Shown: positions 51,690-63,654 of the stretch, piece after piece
Position numbering within the stretch: position 1 is the first letter of the stretch
Layout: the number at the start of each line of letters is the position of its first letter
Assembly: GCF_035594765.1 (NCBI RefSeq)
Contig: NC_085842.1
Coordinates: forward strand, 30,976,782 to 31,040,781
Direction of reading: 5' to 3'
Length of the DNA stretch: 64,000 nt
Origin: Anolis carolinensis
Lineage: Eukaryota
Notes under the pieces: model-generated
The model's database searches: none
Told to the model about the DNA's origin: nothing
The model's input: only the letters and a program-made list of their open reading frames with translations
Translations under genes and position numbers: made by a program

Positions 51690-52255
51690 GGTTGGGCAAA
51701 GATACAGGGAAGTCATGCAACCTCTCTGTTCTGCCCTGGTCAGCCCACACCTGAAATACTGTGTCCAATTCTAGGCACTGCAGTTTAAGGGAGATGTTGA
51801 CAAGTTGGAAAGTGTCCAGAGGAGGGTGACTAAAATGATCAAGGGTCTGGCGAACAAGCCCTATGATGAGCGGCTTAAAGAGCTGGGCATTTTTAGGCTG
51901 CAGAAGAGAAGGCTGAGAGAGACATGATGAGGCCATGTATAAATACGTGAGGGGAAGTCATAGGGAGGAGGGAGAAAGCTTGTGTTCTGCTGCCCTGGAG
52001 ACTAGGACATGGAACAATGGCTTCAAACTACAGGAAAGGAGATTCTACCTGATTATTAGGAAGAACTTCCTCACTATGAGAACAGTTCAGCAGTAGAACT
52101 CTACCCCGGAGTGTGGCGGAGGCTCCTTCTTTGGAGGCATTGAAACAGAAACTGGGTGGCCATCTGTCGGGGGTGCTTTCAATGCGATTTTCCTGCTTCC
52201 TGGCAGGGGTTGGACTGGATGACCCCTGAGGTCTCTTCCAACTCTATGATTCTGT
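51690..52255 (+). mobile_element. CR1 LINE 3' fragment
   Basis: Decayed RT C-terminus and CTATGATTCT tail. Confidence 0.8.
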
Positions 52256-53009
52256 GAAAGGTTATAGGACATTTTAAAGTCAGGCATCACATCCACAAGC
52301 CTTATGTCTAAATTCAAACCTCTGACTGAGCAGAATAAACTGCAGCACCTAGGAATCTCTTTGCTCTGTAGACTAGCCTTTACTTAGTTGATCCCTCGGC
52401 TTTTTATTAAATTGGACTATAAATTACTTTTGTTTGACTCGGGTTTGTTTACTGTGATGTCCTCTTCTTCTACCCTCGGCTTTGACCTGGACTGTTTCAA
52501 CTAATCAGGCCAGTAATGTTATCTACTACCTTCTTCGAAATACTTGGCTTGCAGGGGGAATTTTACCAACACAATCCTTCCATGTGTTCCTCTGTTTACT
52601 CCTCATGCTCACAAGAACCTTGAGCCGAGTCTCAAGGCCCTTCTGAGAAACAATATCTTAGGTTAAAGAAAAGAAAAAACATTTTTTGCTTGCCTGCAGG
52701 CTGTTGCTACCTATGGCTGCCTCAAAAAGTACTGGCAACTGCAAAGAGTAAAAAGGGGGATCACAAGCCCTCTTCTCTACGGCACCCCAACATATGGGAA
52801 AAACCAGCTGAGAAGCATGTTGTGGCCTAGCTAGTTCCTGTTCCCTAGTGGTAACTGTATGGGAGGAATAGAGGTGTCCTAACTAGCAGAGGGTGCACTT
52901 CAGTCACTGATTTCTAGAAAGAAGGAATAACGGGAGCATAGGGAAGGGAAAGCATAATAGCCAGGCACTCCTCCAAATTGGAGTTTGGGGACCAGGGTGC
53001 ATTTACACT

Positions 53010-53660
53010 GTAAGATTAGGGTTGGAAAAGACCCCAAGGGCTATCAAGTTCAACCCCATACTGCCAGGCAGGAAAACACAATCAAAGCACAGGTGGCCAT
53101 CCACCCTCTGCTAAAAAATCTCCAGAGGCAGGGACTCCACCACACTCCCAGGCAGCATATTCTACTGCTGTACATCTCACACTGTCAGGAAGTTCTTCCT
53201 TATGTTTAGGTGGCATCTCTTTTCTGCAGTCTTCATCCATTACTCCCTGTCCTAGTTTCCAGAGCAGCAGAAAGCAAGCTTTCTCCATCATCAGATATTT
53301 AAACATGGCCATCATGTTATTTCTCAGGTTTCTTTTCTTCAAGCTAAACATACCCTTCAGCCATTCTTCATAGGGCTTGGCTTCGAGACAACATTGGGTA
53401 TACTTCTCCGGACCCTTACCTCTTGTCAATATCCTTCTTGAATTGTGGCGCCCAGACTGGACACAGTATTATTCCAGATGAGGTCGGATCAAAGCAGAAT
53501 AGAGTGAGACTATGACTTCCTTCTATCTCAGCACTGTGGTCCTATTGATGCAGCCTATGATCGCATCGGCTTCTTTAGCTGCCACATCACATTGTTGACT
53601 AATGTTCAGCTTGTGGTCGGCTAAGATTCCTAGATCCTTTTCATGTGGACTGTTTTCAAG
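53010..53660 (-). mobile_element. CR1 LINE 3' fragment
   Basis: KPYEEWLK.MFSLKKR.LR motif. Confidence 0.75.
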
Positions 53661-54574
53661 CCAGTTTGACATTACTTGAATCACCACAGCCCAATAGTAT
53701 GTTCTCCTGAGAATTGTAGTGTTAGAAGGTCTTTGATTTTCTCTATCAAAGGGTTCTGGTGCCTCACTGAACTACAATTCCCATGATTCCATAGCATCGA
53801 GCCATGATCATTAAAGTGATGTAAACAACATTAATTCTACAATGTAGATGTATCCTAGACCTCCTGTATTTCCTCCTTGGAAGTTGAGGAGGGAGAACCT
53901 TCATTAGAGATGGAAGTAAATTCAACCCTTCCCCCACTTGTAATACAATGCAATTAGGCTTTGTAAAACGAATGAGTTTTCTTGTACACCTGAAGAAAGG
54001 CATTAGAGATCTAGGTCTCCCGCAGCCTTTGGAAACTCCCTCCAAACTCCCTTGGGAAAATGAGTAGGGTTTTTAAATTATTTTTATTATACTTTTAAAA
54101 AAAATGTAAATTGAATTCCAAGAAATTGAAAATAAGAAATTAAAAACACAGGTGCTAAAATAGGCAACAAAAGAATTAAATACAAAGTCAACCCCATAGT
54201 ATTCCCTTTCCATAACTTCCCCCATCCCACCAACTAAACATAACAAATAAACTCTAACCTCCCTTGGGGGAGACTTTTGTCCAGGGTAGCTCCCTCCCCC
54301 CTGGAGGAGACAATCCATGCCAATATAATGTTATAGCAATTCAAGCCATTAAGAGAAGTTTTTTTCTGTCTATCACAAGCATGGCTCCACTGCACTGGAC
54401 TAAAATGCTATTAAAAGCCTAGCATACATGGACTGAGTCAAAGGTAATAAGAATGATTTCTTGCACAGAGTAGAAGGGGCAGGAACCAAGAGAGCAGTTG
54501 AGGCAGATGGAAGGGGAACCCAGGAATATATTTTGAACATCCTTGGTAGAATCTGTTCTTTTGAAGCAATGTTT

Positions 54575-55920
54575 ATAGAAATTTTTGTGTCTTGTCACAG
54601 GCAAAAATGCAGAGGAGTTTGGAGCAGCGATATGCGATCAAGTTTTGCGTCAAACTTGGAAAATCTGGCTCCGAAACGCTGCAGTTGTTGAGGACAGCTT
54701 ATGGGGATGCTGTGTTGTCTTCAGCCCAAGTCTTCAGGTGGCACAAGGCATTCAAGGACGGAAGGGAGAGCGTTGAGGATGAACAGCGTGCTGGGCGGCC
54801 TTCAACTGCTAGAACTGAGGAGAATGTGGCTCGTGTGAAGGCGGTCCTGGATAGGGACCGAAGATTGAATGTGCGGTTAATTGCAGAGGAGGTAGGACTA
54901 CCGAAAACAGATGTCCATCGAATCATTACGGAAGATCTGCGTATGAGAAAAATTTGTGCAAAACTGGTCCCAAAGAATTTGTCAGATGAACAAAACAACC
55001 ATATGTTGATTTCTCATGAACTCTTGGGTCGTGTGACAAGTGAGCCCAACTTACTGCAGCGACTGATAACTGGGGATGAAGCATGGGTTTTTGAGTATGA
55101 TCCCACAGATGAAAAACAAAGTTCAGAGTGGCACACTTCCCAGTCACCTCAATCAAAGACTGAATAAGCAAATCAAGAGTACAATCTATGCTCATCTGCT
55201 TTTATTTATTTATATCATTTCTATCCCGCCTTTCTCACCCGAGGGGACTCAAGGTGGCTTACAGATCTGGCAAGATTCAATGCCAATAAAATAACAATAC
55301 AGTAGAGTCAAAAACATCAAGCAATAAAAACAATTAGGCATTAAAACACATAAAACAATATACAAAAATTAAGACATATAAAGTGCATAAATCCATTCGT
55401 CCAGAAATCCTGCACATAATCCGTGAACCAGGCCATGTCGAAGTCATAAAATTTATTCATTGAATGCTTTTGTGCATAACCAGGTATTTAGCTTCTTTCT
55501 AAAGCCCAGAAGGGATAGAGCCTGCTGGATGTCGCAGGGGAGGGAGTTCACAAGGGAGTTGTTCACAAGGAGACTTTGTCACCCAGGCAGACTGTGTATC
55601 AAGCATTTTACTTACAGGTACTCAAGCTTTTGAGAAACAAGAGTTGTGTGCTTCCACTGTTTAATTGCAAACACATGGTTTGATCAGCATGCCAGTGTGC
55701 TAAGTCACAGATCATTCACTGTGAGGGACTTTTTGCTTCAAAATATTATCACAATACTTCCCCAACCACTGTACAACCCTGTCTTGGCACTGTGCAATTT
55801 CTTGTTTCCCCTGAGCTCCAAACCCACTTCTGTAGATAACATTTTGGTACACTTGGAAACATTCATGCAACTGTGATGAGGGCTTGGAACAACATCTCTA
55901 GTGAAGACTTCTTTCACTGT
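54575..55920 (+). mobile_element. Mariner transposon remnant, split by an L2-type insertion (about 55203-55555)
   Basis: The decayed catalytic half resumes at about 55555 (GVVHKE...QTV.Q.FYLQVL; LPQPLYNPVLALCNFLFP is a degenerate YSPDLAPCDF motif). Confidence 0.85.
54601..55167 (+). CDS. Mariner transposase N-terminal ORF (both HTH motifs, linker, first catalytic Asp); candidate exon of a domesticated or fusion gene
   Basis: MQRSLEQRYAIKFCVKLGKS..ET...VFRWHKAFKDGRESVEDEQRAGRPST...KICAKLVPKNLS...ITGDEAWVFEYDP. Preceded by a splice acceptor ttttgtgtcttgtcacAG. The mariner identity is clear; gene status is inferred. Confidence 0.55.
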   Translation, partial: AKMQRSLEQRYAIKFCVKLGKSGSETLQLLRTAYGDAVLSSAQVFRWHKAFKDGRESVEDEQRAGRPSTARTEENVARVKAVLDRDRRLNVRLIAEEVGLPKTDVHRIITEDLRMRKICAKLVPKNLSDEQNNHMLISHELLGRVTSEPNLLQRLITGDEAWVFEYDPTDEKQSSEWHTSQSPQSKTE

Positions 55921-55944
55921 TACGTTTAAATATTTGTCACGTTG

Positions 55945-56200
55945 AGGAGGGGCAAGCTTGTTTTTTGCTGCTCCAAATGCAAGGACACAGAGCAGTGGAT
56001 TCAAATTGCAGGAAAAGTGTTTCCACCTAAACATTAAGAAGAACTTCCTGACTGTAAGAACTGTTTGGCAGTGGAATATGCTACCTGAGAGCAGAGGAGT
56101 CTCCTCTGGAGGGCTATTTGTTGGGGTTGCTTTGAATGGCAGAATGGGGTTGGACTGTATGGCCCTTGGGATCTCTTTCAACTTATATGATTCTATAATA
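55945..56200 (+). mobile_element. CR1 LINE 3' fragment
   Basis: RTQSSGFKLQEKCFHLNIKKNFLTVR and a GATTCTAT tail. Confidence 0.75.
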
Positions 56201-56659
56201 TGAAGAGTGGCAGGAGCACTGGAATTGCTGTATTCGGATACAAAATGTCTGTTTTGAAGGGGACAGACTGCACCTGCATGTATGTTCAATAAAAACGTTT
56301 TTATTAATTGTCATCACTTCTGAGGTTTCTAAAGCACAAATAGAGGGGAGGAGAACCCCACTTTTAGCAACAGCTGCATGGCCTTGTTAGCCTCTCCACA
56401 TATAGCATGGGGTTTGTCGTGTGCTTTCAAGTAATTTCTGACCAGAGTTGATCATACTATGGATTTTTTTTCTAGCAAAAATTATTTGTAGGTTTGTTTT
56501 TCTCTGAAAATGTGTGACCAGCCAAAGTCACACAAATGGTTTTTGTGGCTGAATGGGGATCTGGATCCTGGTCTTCAAGGTTATGGCCAAGCACTCAAAG
56601 AACTACACCAAACTGGTGTGGCTTTGGTTCCAGCGTGTGTTCAAATTATTATTACTTTT

Positions 56660-58960
56660 ATTTATTAATAATAAATACTACTATTGGGCTTATGGATCCA
56701 GATGGGTGCCTGATGGCTCATGGGGATTTTCCTGCCTCCATGGAAGTTGATTCTGTTGTAGCTCTGGCAGACCTTTGAAACACGAAGATTGCCAAGTTGA
56801 TAGACACAATCGCTCTTGAACGTCCATTTGCATAGAGCAGAGCCAAGTCAGCTCCATGGTATAATGCGGAACTAGTGATGAAGCAAATGTGCACAAGACC
56901 AGAGCGATTTTGGCACCTAACTCACACTGAATCTGATCGAACATGGATTATAGCATGTTGGAAGTCCTATTCTGCAGCAATGAAGGTGGCTGAAAAATCT
57001 TTCACAGCCACCAACATTGCATCTACAAGGAACCGTCCAGCGGAGCTGTTCCAGGTGGTCAGGGGACTCCTTCAGCCTGATTCTTGAGCAGGGACCCCTG
57101 GCCACTGAATTTGCAAAGTTCTTTGCAAATAAAGTCACTCAGGTCTGTTCCAACCTAGACATCTCTATTGATACAGTCTCTGTGGGTGTATCCTGGGCAC
57201 CTGCTTGTCAGGTTGTAATGAATTCATTTCAGTTGGTTCAGTCAAGGGATGTGGACAGGATCCTTGGAGAAGCGAGACCCACCACATGTATCTTGGATCC
57301 TTACTCCTCCTGGCTAATCAAACAAGCCAGAGGGGGATTGGCTGACTGGATGATGAGGGTATGTAATGGCTCCCTCACCCAAGGCAAATTTCCAAGAAGC
57401 CTAAAAACGGCAGTCGTTAGACTGCTGCTAAAAGAAACCATCATTAGATCTGGCCAAAAAAAAGGTTATTACCAGCCAGTTTCTAACCTCCCTTTTTTGG
57501 ACAAGGTCCTAGAGCAATGATGGGCAACCTTTTGCGCTTGGTGTGTCAAAATTCACCAAAAAACCTAGCATGACTTGGGCGGTGTGTCACTTTGAGAAAA
57601 AAACCATATTTTCACAATATATATAGTTTAAATAACACAAATATATAATTGTAATATATAACTGTATTTAATAAATCAAAAACTTTTTACTACCATTATT
57701 TCCATGTACAACAATCTATGGTACCTCTTGCAATTTCCACGCTGATTTCTCTCTATTGTAGTTTCAATGTAGTCATGAATAATGAATAATGTAATAGTAA
57801 TAATGTAATAATATACTACAATAATAATAGAATAATAATAGAATGATTATACATATATATATATATATATACAGTAGAGTCTCACTTATCCAATACTCGC
57901 TTATCCAAGCCTCTGGATAATCCAAGCCATTTTTGTAGTCAATGTTTTCAATGTATCGTGATATTTTGGTGCTAAATTCGTAAATACAGTAATTACAACA
58001 TAACATTACTGCGTATTGAACTACTTTTTCTGTCAAATTTGTTGTATAACATGAAGTTTTGGTGCTTAATTTGTAAAATCATAACCTAATTTGATGTTTA
58101 ATAGGCTTTTCCTTAATCCCTCATTATCCAAGATATTCGCTTATCCAAGCTTCTGCCGGCCAGTTTAGCTTGGATAAGTGAGACTCTACTGTATATGTAA
58201 TGTGCATAATTCCCATGGAGTAAACAACAAAACCACTGGACCAAATCACACCAAATTTGGCCGCAAAAGACATTAGTCATCCAATCAATCTGCATGCAGC
58301 AGCATGTCAGTAAAAATGGCTAGGCGTGTCAGTGCTGACACGCGTGTCATAGGTTGGCCATCACTGTCCTAGAGCATGTGGTGGCCACGCAACTCCAGAG
58401 ATTCCTGGAAGAAACGGATTATCTAGATCCACTTGAGTCCCCTCTACGGAACTGAGACAGCTTTGGTCGCCTTGGTAGATGATCTACACAGAGAACTAGA
58501 TGGGGAGTGTGTCCCTGTTAGTTCTCTTGGACCTCTCAGTGGCCTTCGATACAATTGACAATGGTATTCTAGGTCGCCTGGTTGGGATGTGACTCGGAAT
58601 CACTGTTTTACAGTGGCTCCAATCCTTTCTGGAAGGTCGGACCTAGAAGGTGGCACTAGGGGATGCCTGCTCAACCCCATGGCCATTGTCCTGTGGAGTC
58701 CCACGGGTTCTGTACTTTCCCCTATGTTGTTTAATATCTATATGAAGCTGCTAGTAGAGATCATCTGGAGTTTTGAAGATCAGTGCCATCTGAACGCAGA
58801 TGATAACCAACTGGCCTATTAATTACCATAAAAGCAAAGATGCTGCTCAGTGCCTGGCAGCTGTAATGAACTAGATGAGAACAAACGAAATTGAAACCAG
58901 TCTAGACAGAGGTCCTTCTGGTCAATCGTAAGGCAGATCAGAGTATAGCCTGGCAACCTG
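56660..58960 (+). mobile_element. Decayed L2 LINE ORF2, interrupted by a hAT element
   Basis: PTTCILDP, YQPVSNLPFLDKVLE, GSVLSPMLFNIYM and (Y)ADD motifs. Confidence 0.8.
57515..58366. mobile_element. Non-autonomous hAT element with a nested Tc1/mariner MITE (57872-58191)
   Basis: Perfect 8-bp TSD TCCTAGAG; same family as 50005-50454. Confidence 0.9.
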
Positions 58961-59049
58961 TGTTAGAAGGCTGAGGGGGGAAAGAAAGGGGCCTGAGGCT
59001 GTGAGGAATGCTGGGAGTTGAAGTCCAAAACGCCTCGAGAGCCCAGCTT

Positions 59050-59579
59050 TCTAGAAGTGGAGCAGGGCCCGCCTCTCACAGTTGCTCCGCCCACTCGGAG
59101 GAACAGGAAGGAGAAAAAAAAGCGCTTCCCGAGCCCCAGGCGCCATTTTTCTACCTACCTTCGCCGAGGAGGGTGCATTGTCTATTGTCCTGCTTCTCCG
59201 TCGCTGAGGCGATTCCATTCCTCTTCCTTCTCACTGTTTTTTGGACTCGGCTTTTAAGATTTCCTTTCTTAAAAAGCCTTAAACTTCCCCGAAGTTGCCT
59301 TCTCCGGCCTGGCGGAGGAACCAGGCCTAGGGCCCTCTCCATCCACAGCGGGAACGGAGTAAGTACGGCCTACATTTCGGGAAGGCCTATATTTCGCTTC
59401 CCGGCTGAACGCTCTGAGCCACGTGGCGAGGGCCAGGCCTGGGCGCGGAACCGGGATGCGCCGCTGGCCCAGGCAGGGATCGCCATCCCGTTTCAGGGCC
59501 GAGGCCTGGACATGGATGTTGGGCTCAAAGCCCTCAGCAGGGAAGGGGGCGGGCCGTCTGAATAACGGACAGCCAGGGG

Positions 59580-59580
<1 letters not shown>
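59050..59580 (+). promoter_or_regulatory. CpG-island promoter and non-coding first exon of a gene that probably continues past the window
   Basis: GC boxes, YY1-type CGCCATTTT at 59141, donor GGA|GTAAGT at 59359. Confidence 0.7.
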
Positions 59581-59613
<33 letters not shown>

Positions 59614-59638
59614 TCTTTTCTTTTGATTTTTTTTTATT

Positions 59639-59945
59639 ACAGTCGAATCTCACTTATTCAACATAAATGGGCCGGCAGAACATTGGATAAGCGAATATGT
59701 TGGATAATAAGGAAAGATTAAGGAGAAGCCGATTAAAGATCAAATTAGGTTATGATTTTACAAATTAAGCACCAAAACATCATGTTATACAACAAATTTG
59801 ACAAAAAGTAGGTCAATATGCGGGAATGCTACATAGTAATTACTGTATTTACGAATTTAGCACCAAAATATCAGGATGTATTGAAAACATTGACTACAAA
59901 AATGTGTTGGATAATCCAGAATGTTGGATAAGTGAGACTCTACTG
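59639..59945. mobile_element. Tc1/mariner MITE
   Basis: CAGTAGAGTCTCACTTATCCAA family. Confidence 0.8.
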
Positions 59946-60063
59946 TATTTGACAAAAACAATCTAATATACAATAAGAAAAGACACATTAAAAATAATGG
60001 AATGTGTCTGGATCTGTATTCAAATGACAACTTGTACTAAATAAATAAGTATAACATACTCTA

Positions 60064-60390
60064 AGGTAAAGGTTTCCCCTGACGTTAAATCCAGTTGTGA
60101 CTGACTCTGGGGGTTGGTGCTTATCTCCATTTCTAAGCCGAAGAGCTGGCGTTGTCCATAGACACCTCCAAGGTCATGTGGCCAGCATGACTGCATGGAG
60201 CGCTGTTACCTTCCCGCCGGAGCAGTACCTATTGATCTACTCACATTGGCATGTTTTCAAACTGCTAGGTTGGCAGGAGCTGGGGCTAATAGTGAGTGTT
60301 CAGTCCGCTCCTGGGATTTGAACCTGGGACCTTTTGATCTGCAAGTTCAGCAGCTCAGCGCTTTAACACACTTTGCCACCAGGGGCCCCC
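60064..60390 (-). mobile_element. Sauria SINE
   Basis: Full-length copy on the reverse strand. Confidence 0.85.
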
Positions 60391-60554
60391 ATAACATACT
60401 CTACCATCACTCAAATTCAAAACATTTTGGCAGCAAAGGCACCAGCCACTTCTCCCCCTCCATATCATGCAGAAATCCTAATGTAATTTTTTTTAAAAAG
60501 AAACTAATTGCAAGGCAGGGAATATATCTTCATGATCAAGAACATTTCAAAATA

Positions 60555-60883
60555 CAGTAGAGTCTCACTTATCCAAGCTAAACGGGCCGGCAGAAGCTTG
60601 GATAAGCGAATATCTTGGATAATAAGGAGGGATTAAAGAAAAGCCTATTAAACATCAAATTAGGTTATTATTTTACAAATTAAGCACCAAAACATCATGT
60701 TATACAACAAATTTGACAGAAAAATAGTTCAATACGCAGTAATGTTATGTTGTAATGACTGTATTTACAAATTTAGCATCAAAATATCATGATATATTGA
60801 AAACAAAATATATTGAATACAAAAATGGCTTGGATAATCCAGAAGCTTGGATAAGTGAGGCTTGGATATGTGAGACTCCACTG
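60555..60883. mobile_element. Tc1/mariner MITE
   Basis: TIRs, TA-flanked. Confidence 0.8.
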
Positions 60884-61525
60884 TATGTCTAAACACAACA
60901 TGTTTACATATCACATTAATAAAAAATAACCCCATAAGAATGGGAACAAGCAACAGAATATTTTCTTGTGGTTTGAGCTCCCTGAATGTATTATTATTAT
61001 TTCTTGATCATCTGGAAAAAATACACTGTGTTGTTGAAGGCTTTCATGGCCGGAGTCACTGGATTGCTGTAGGTTTTCCGACCTGTATGGCCATGTTCCA
61101 GAAGCATTCTCTCCTGACTTTTCACCCTCATCTATGACAAACATCCTCAGAGGTTGTGAGGTCTGTTGGAGACTGGAGAAGAACCTACGGCCCTACAGCA
61201 GTCCAAAAAATACACTGCAAAATGTTAATTGTTCCCCCCTTCATTAGTACTTTTTTTGTATTGCCTCTAGCTTTCCAAAGATTTAATCTGTACAGTAGAG
61301 TCTCACTTATCCAAGATAAACGGACCGGCAGAATCTTGGATAAGCGAAAATCTTGGATATTTATTTATTTCCATCATTTCTATCCCACCCTTCTCACCCG
61401 AAGGGACTCAGGGCAGCTCACAATCTGGCAAAATTCAATGCCAATATACAATACAAAAAGATAAAACATAAGCAATTAAAACAATTAGATAATTTAACAA
61501 AATACAATGAATAGATTTAAAACAA

Positions 61526-63506
61526 TCTATATATATAAAAGAGTGATGGCATCACGGCGACTCACAAAACAACAAAAGTACAGGCCCCGCAACCTCGAAA
61601 TTTGACAACACAACCCATCATCCATGCCTCCAGGTTGATACAACAAAAAGAAAAGAAAAACAAAGTCCTAATTAAAGGGAGAGCAATAATTTTTTTATCC
61701 AATTGCTGCCAGTTTAGAGGGCTAATCTCTGCCCACTTCGTCTCCTAGCAACCAACTCCTAGCAAGACAAGGGACAGCCAGGGTTCAGTTAGGGGACAGG
61801 CAGACTTAGGCTATCTAATTTGCACTGGATTATATGGCACTGTAGACTCAAGGCCCTTCCACACAGCTATATAACCCATTTATAATCTTATATTATCTGC
61901 TTTGCACTGGATTATCTTGACTCCACACTGCCATATAATCCACTTCAGTGTGCATTTTATACAGCTGTGAAGAAGGGGCCTCATATAATCCAGTTCTAAG
62001 CAGATAATATAAGATTATCAATAAACAGTAGACTCTCACTTATCCAACATAAACAGGCCAGCAGGATAAGTGAATATGTTGGATAATAAGGAGGGATTAA
62101 GGAAAAGCCTATTAAACATCAAATTAGGTAATCGTTATACAAATTAAGCACCAAAACATCATATTTTACAACAAATTTGACAGAAAAAGTAGTTCCATGC
62201 GCAGTAATGCTATGTAGTAATTACAGTAGAGTCTCACTTATCCAACACTCGCTTATCCAACGTTCCGGATTATCCAATGCATTTTTGTTTTCAATATATT
62301 GTGATATTTTGGTGCTAAATTCATAAATACAGTAATTACTACATAGCATTACTGTGTATTGAACTACATTTTCTGCCAAATTTGTTGTCTAACATGATAT
62401 TTTGGTGCTTCATTTGTAAAATCATAACCTAATTTGATGTTTAATAGGCTTTTCCTTAATGCCTCCTTATTATCCAACATATTAGCTTATCCAACATTCT
62501 GCCAGCCCGTTTATGTTGGATAAGTGAGACTCTACTGTACTGTATTTACAAATTTACCACTAAAATATCACAATGAATTTAAAACACTGACTACAAAAAC
62601 ATTGATTATGAAAAGGCAGACTGTGTTGGATAATCCAGAACATTGTATAAGTGAATGTTGGATAAGTGAGATTCTACTTTAATATGAAATAATTACTGGG
62701 ATAGAATAATGCAGAACAATATAATCTCTAAAACCAGGACAGTAAATAAACAGGGGAATTCCACACAGGAAACAATCAGGGCCAGCTAACACCTCCCAAC
62801 AAAGTATTCCCATCATCAAAGTCTGGCAAATCCTCTGTTTTCTCAGGGCCACAGACAGTAGAAGCACATAAAATATCGCAATACCACTCTGAAAACAAGG
62901 GAATTCCAGACAGGAAAGAATCAGGGCCAGCTAACACCTCCCAACAAAAAATTCACTCAGGGAGGAAACAGCCAGGCTTTAAAGCTGCAAGGCCATTACA
63001 TCCTAATCATTTTTCCTAATTGCAGCATTCATATTTGCCTCCAACAGAAAAAAAACCCAATCAGAAATATTGTATATTCACAACCTTTAGGAAATAATAT
63101 CCCCTGATGGCGCAGCGTGTTAAAGCGCTGAGCTGCTGAACTTCTGGACCGAAAGGCCGCAGGTTTGAATTGGGGGAGCGGAGAGAGCCCCCACTGTTAG
63201 CCCCAGCTTCTGCCAACCCAGAAGTTCAAAAACATGCAAATGTGAGTGCATCAATAGGTACTGCTCCGGCGGGAAGGTAACGCCGCTCCATGCAGTCGTC
63301 CCACATGACCTTAGAGGAGTCTATGGACAACGCTGGCTTTTCAGCTTAGAAATGGAGATGAGCACCAACCCCCAGAGTCAGACACGAATGGACTTAACGT
63401 CAGGGAAAAACGTTTACCCTTTACCTTAACTACCACCAATTCCTCAATGCTTTATTTCCCAGACCACCAGACTTCGCTACAGCAACGCGTGGCCGGGCAC
63501 AGCTAG
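61526..63506 (+). mobile_element. Composite non-autonomous Helitron (about 2.0 kb)
   Basis: A|TCTATATATATAAAAGAGTG...AGCAACGCGTGGCCGGGCACAGCTAG|T; same cargo as 19567-21884. Confidence 0.85.
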
Positions 63507-63654
63507 TACAATATAAAATACAATAAAATAATGAGGGATTAAGAAAAAGACTATTAAACATAAAATTCCATTATGATTTTACAAATTAAGCACCAAAACA
63601 TCATGTTTTAACAAGAAATTAGCAGAAAAAGCAGTTCAATAATAATAATAGTAA

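Noticed and set aside
52700-52751. Acceptor followed by ATG as a second exon for the 50.6 kb promoter
   Set aside because: The ATG frame closes after 12 codons and nothing else supports it.
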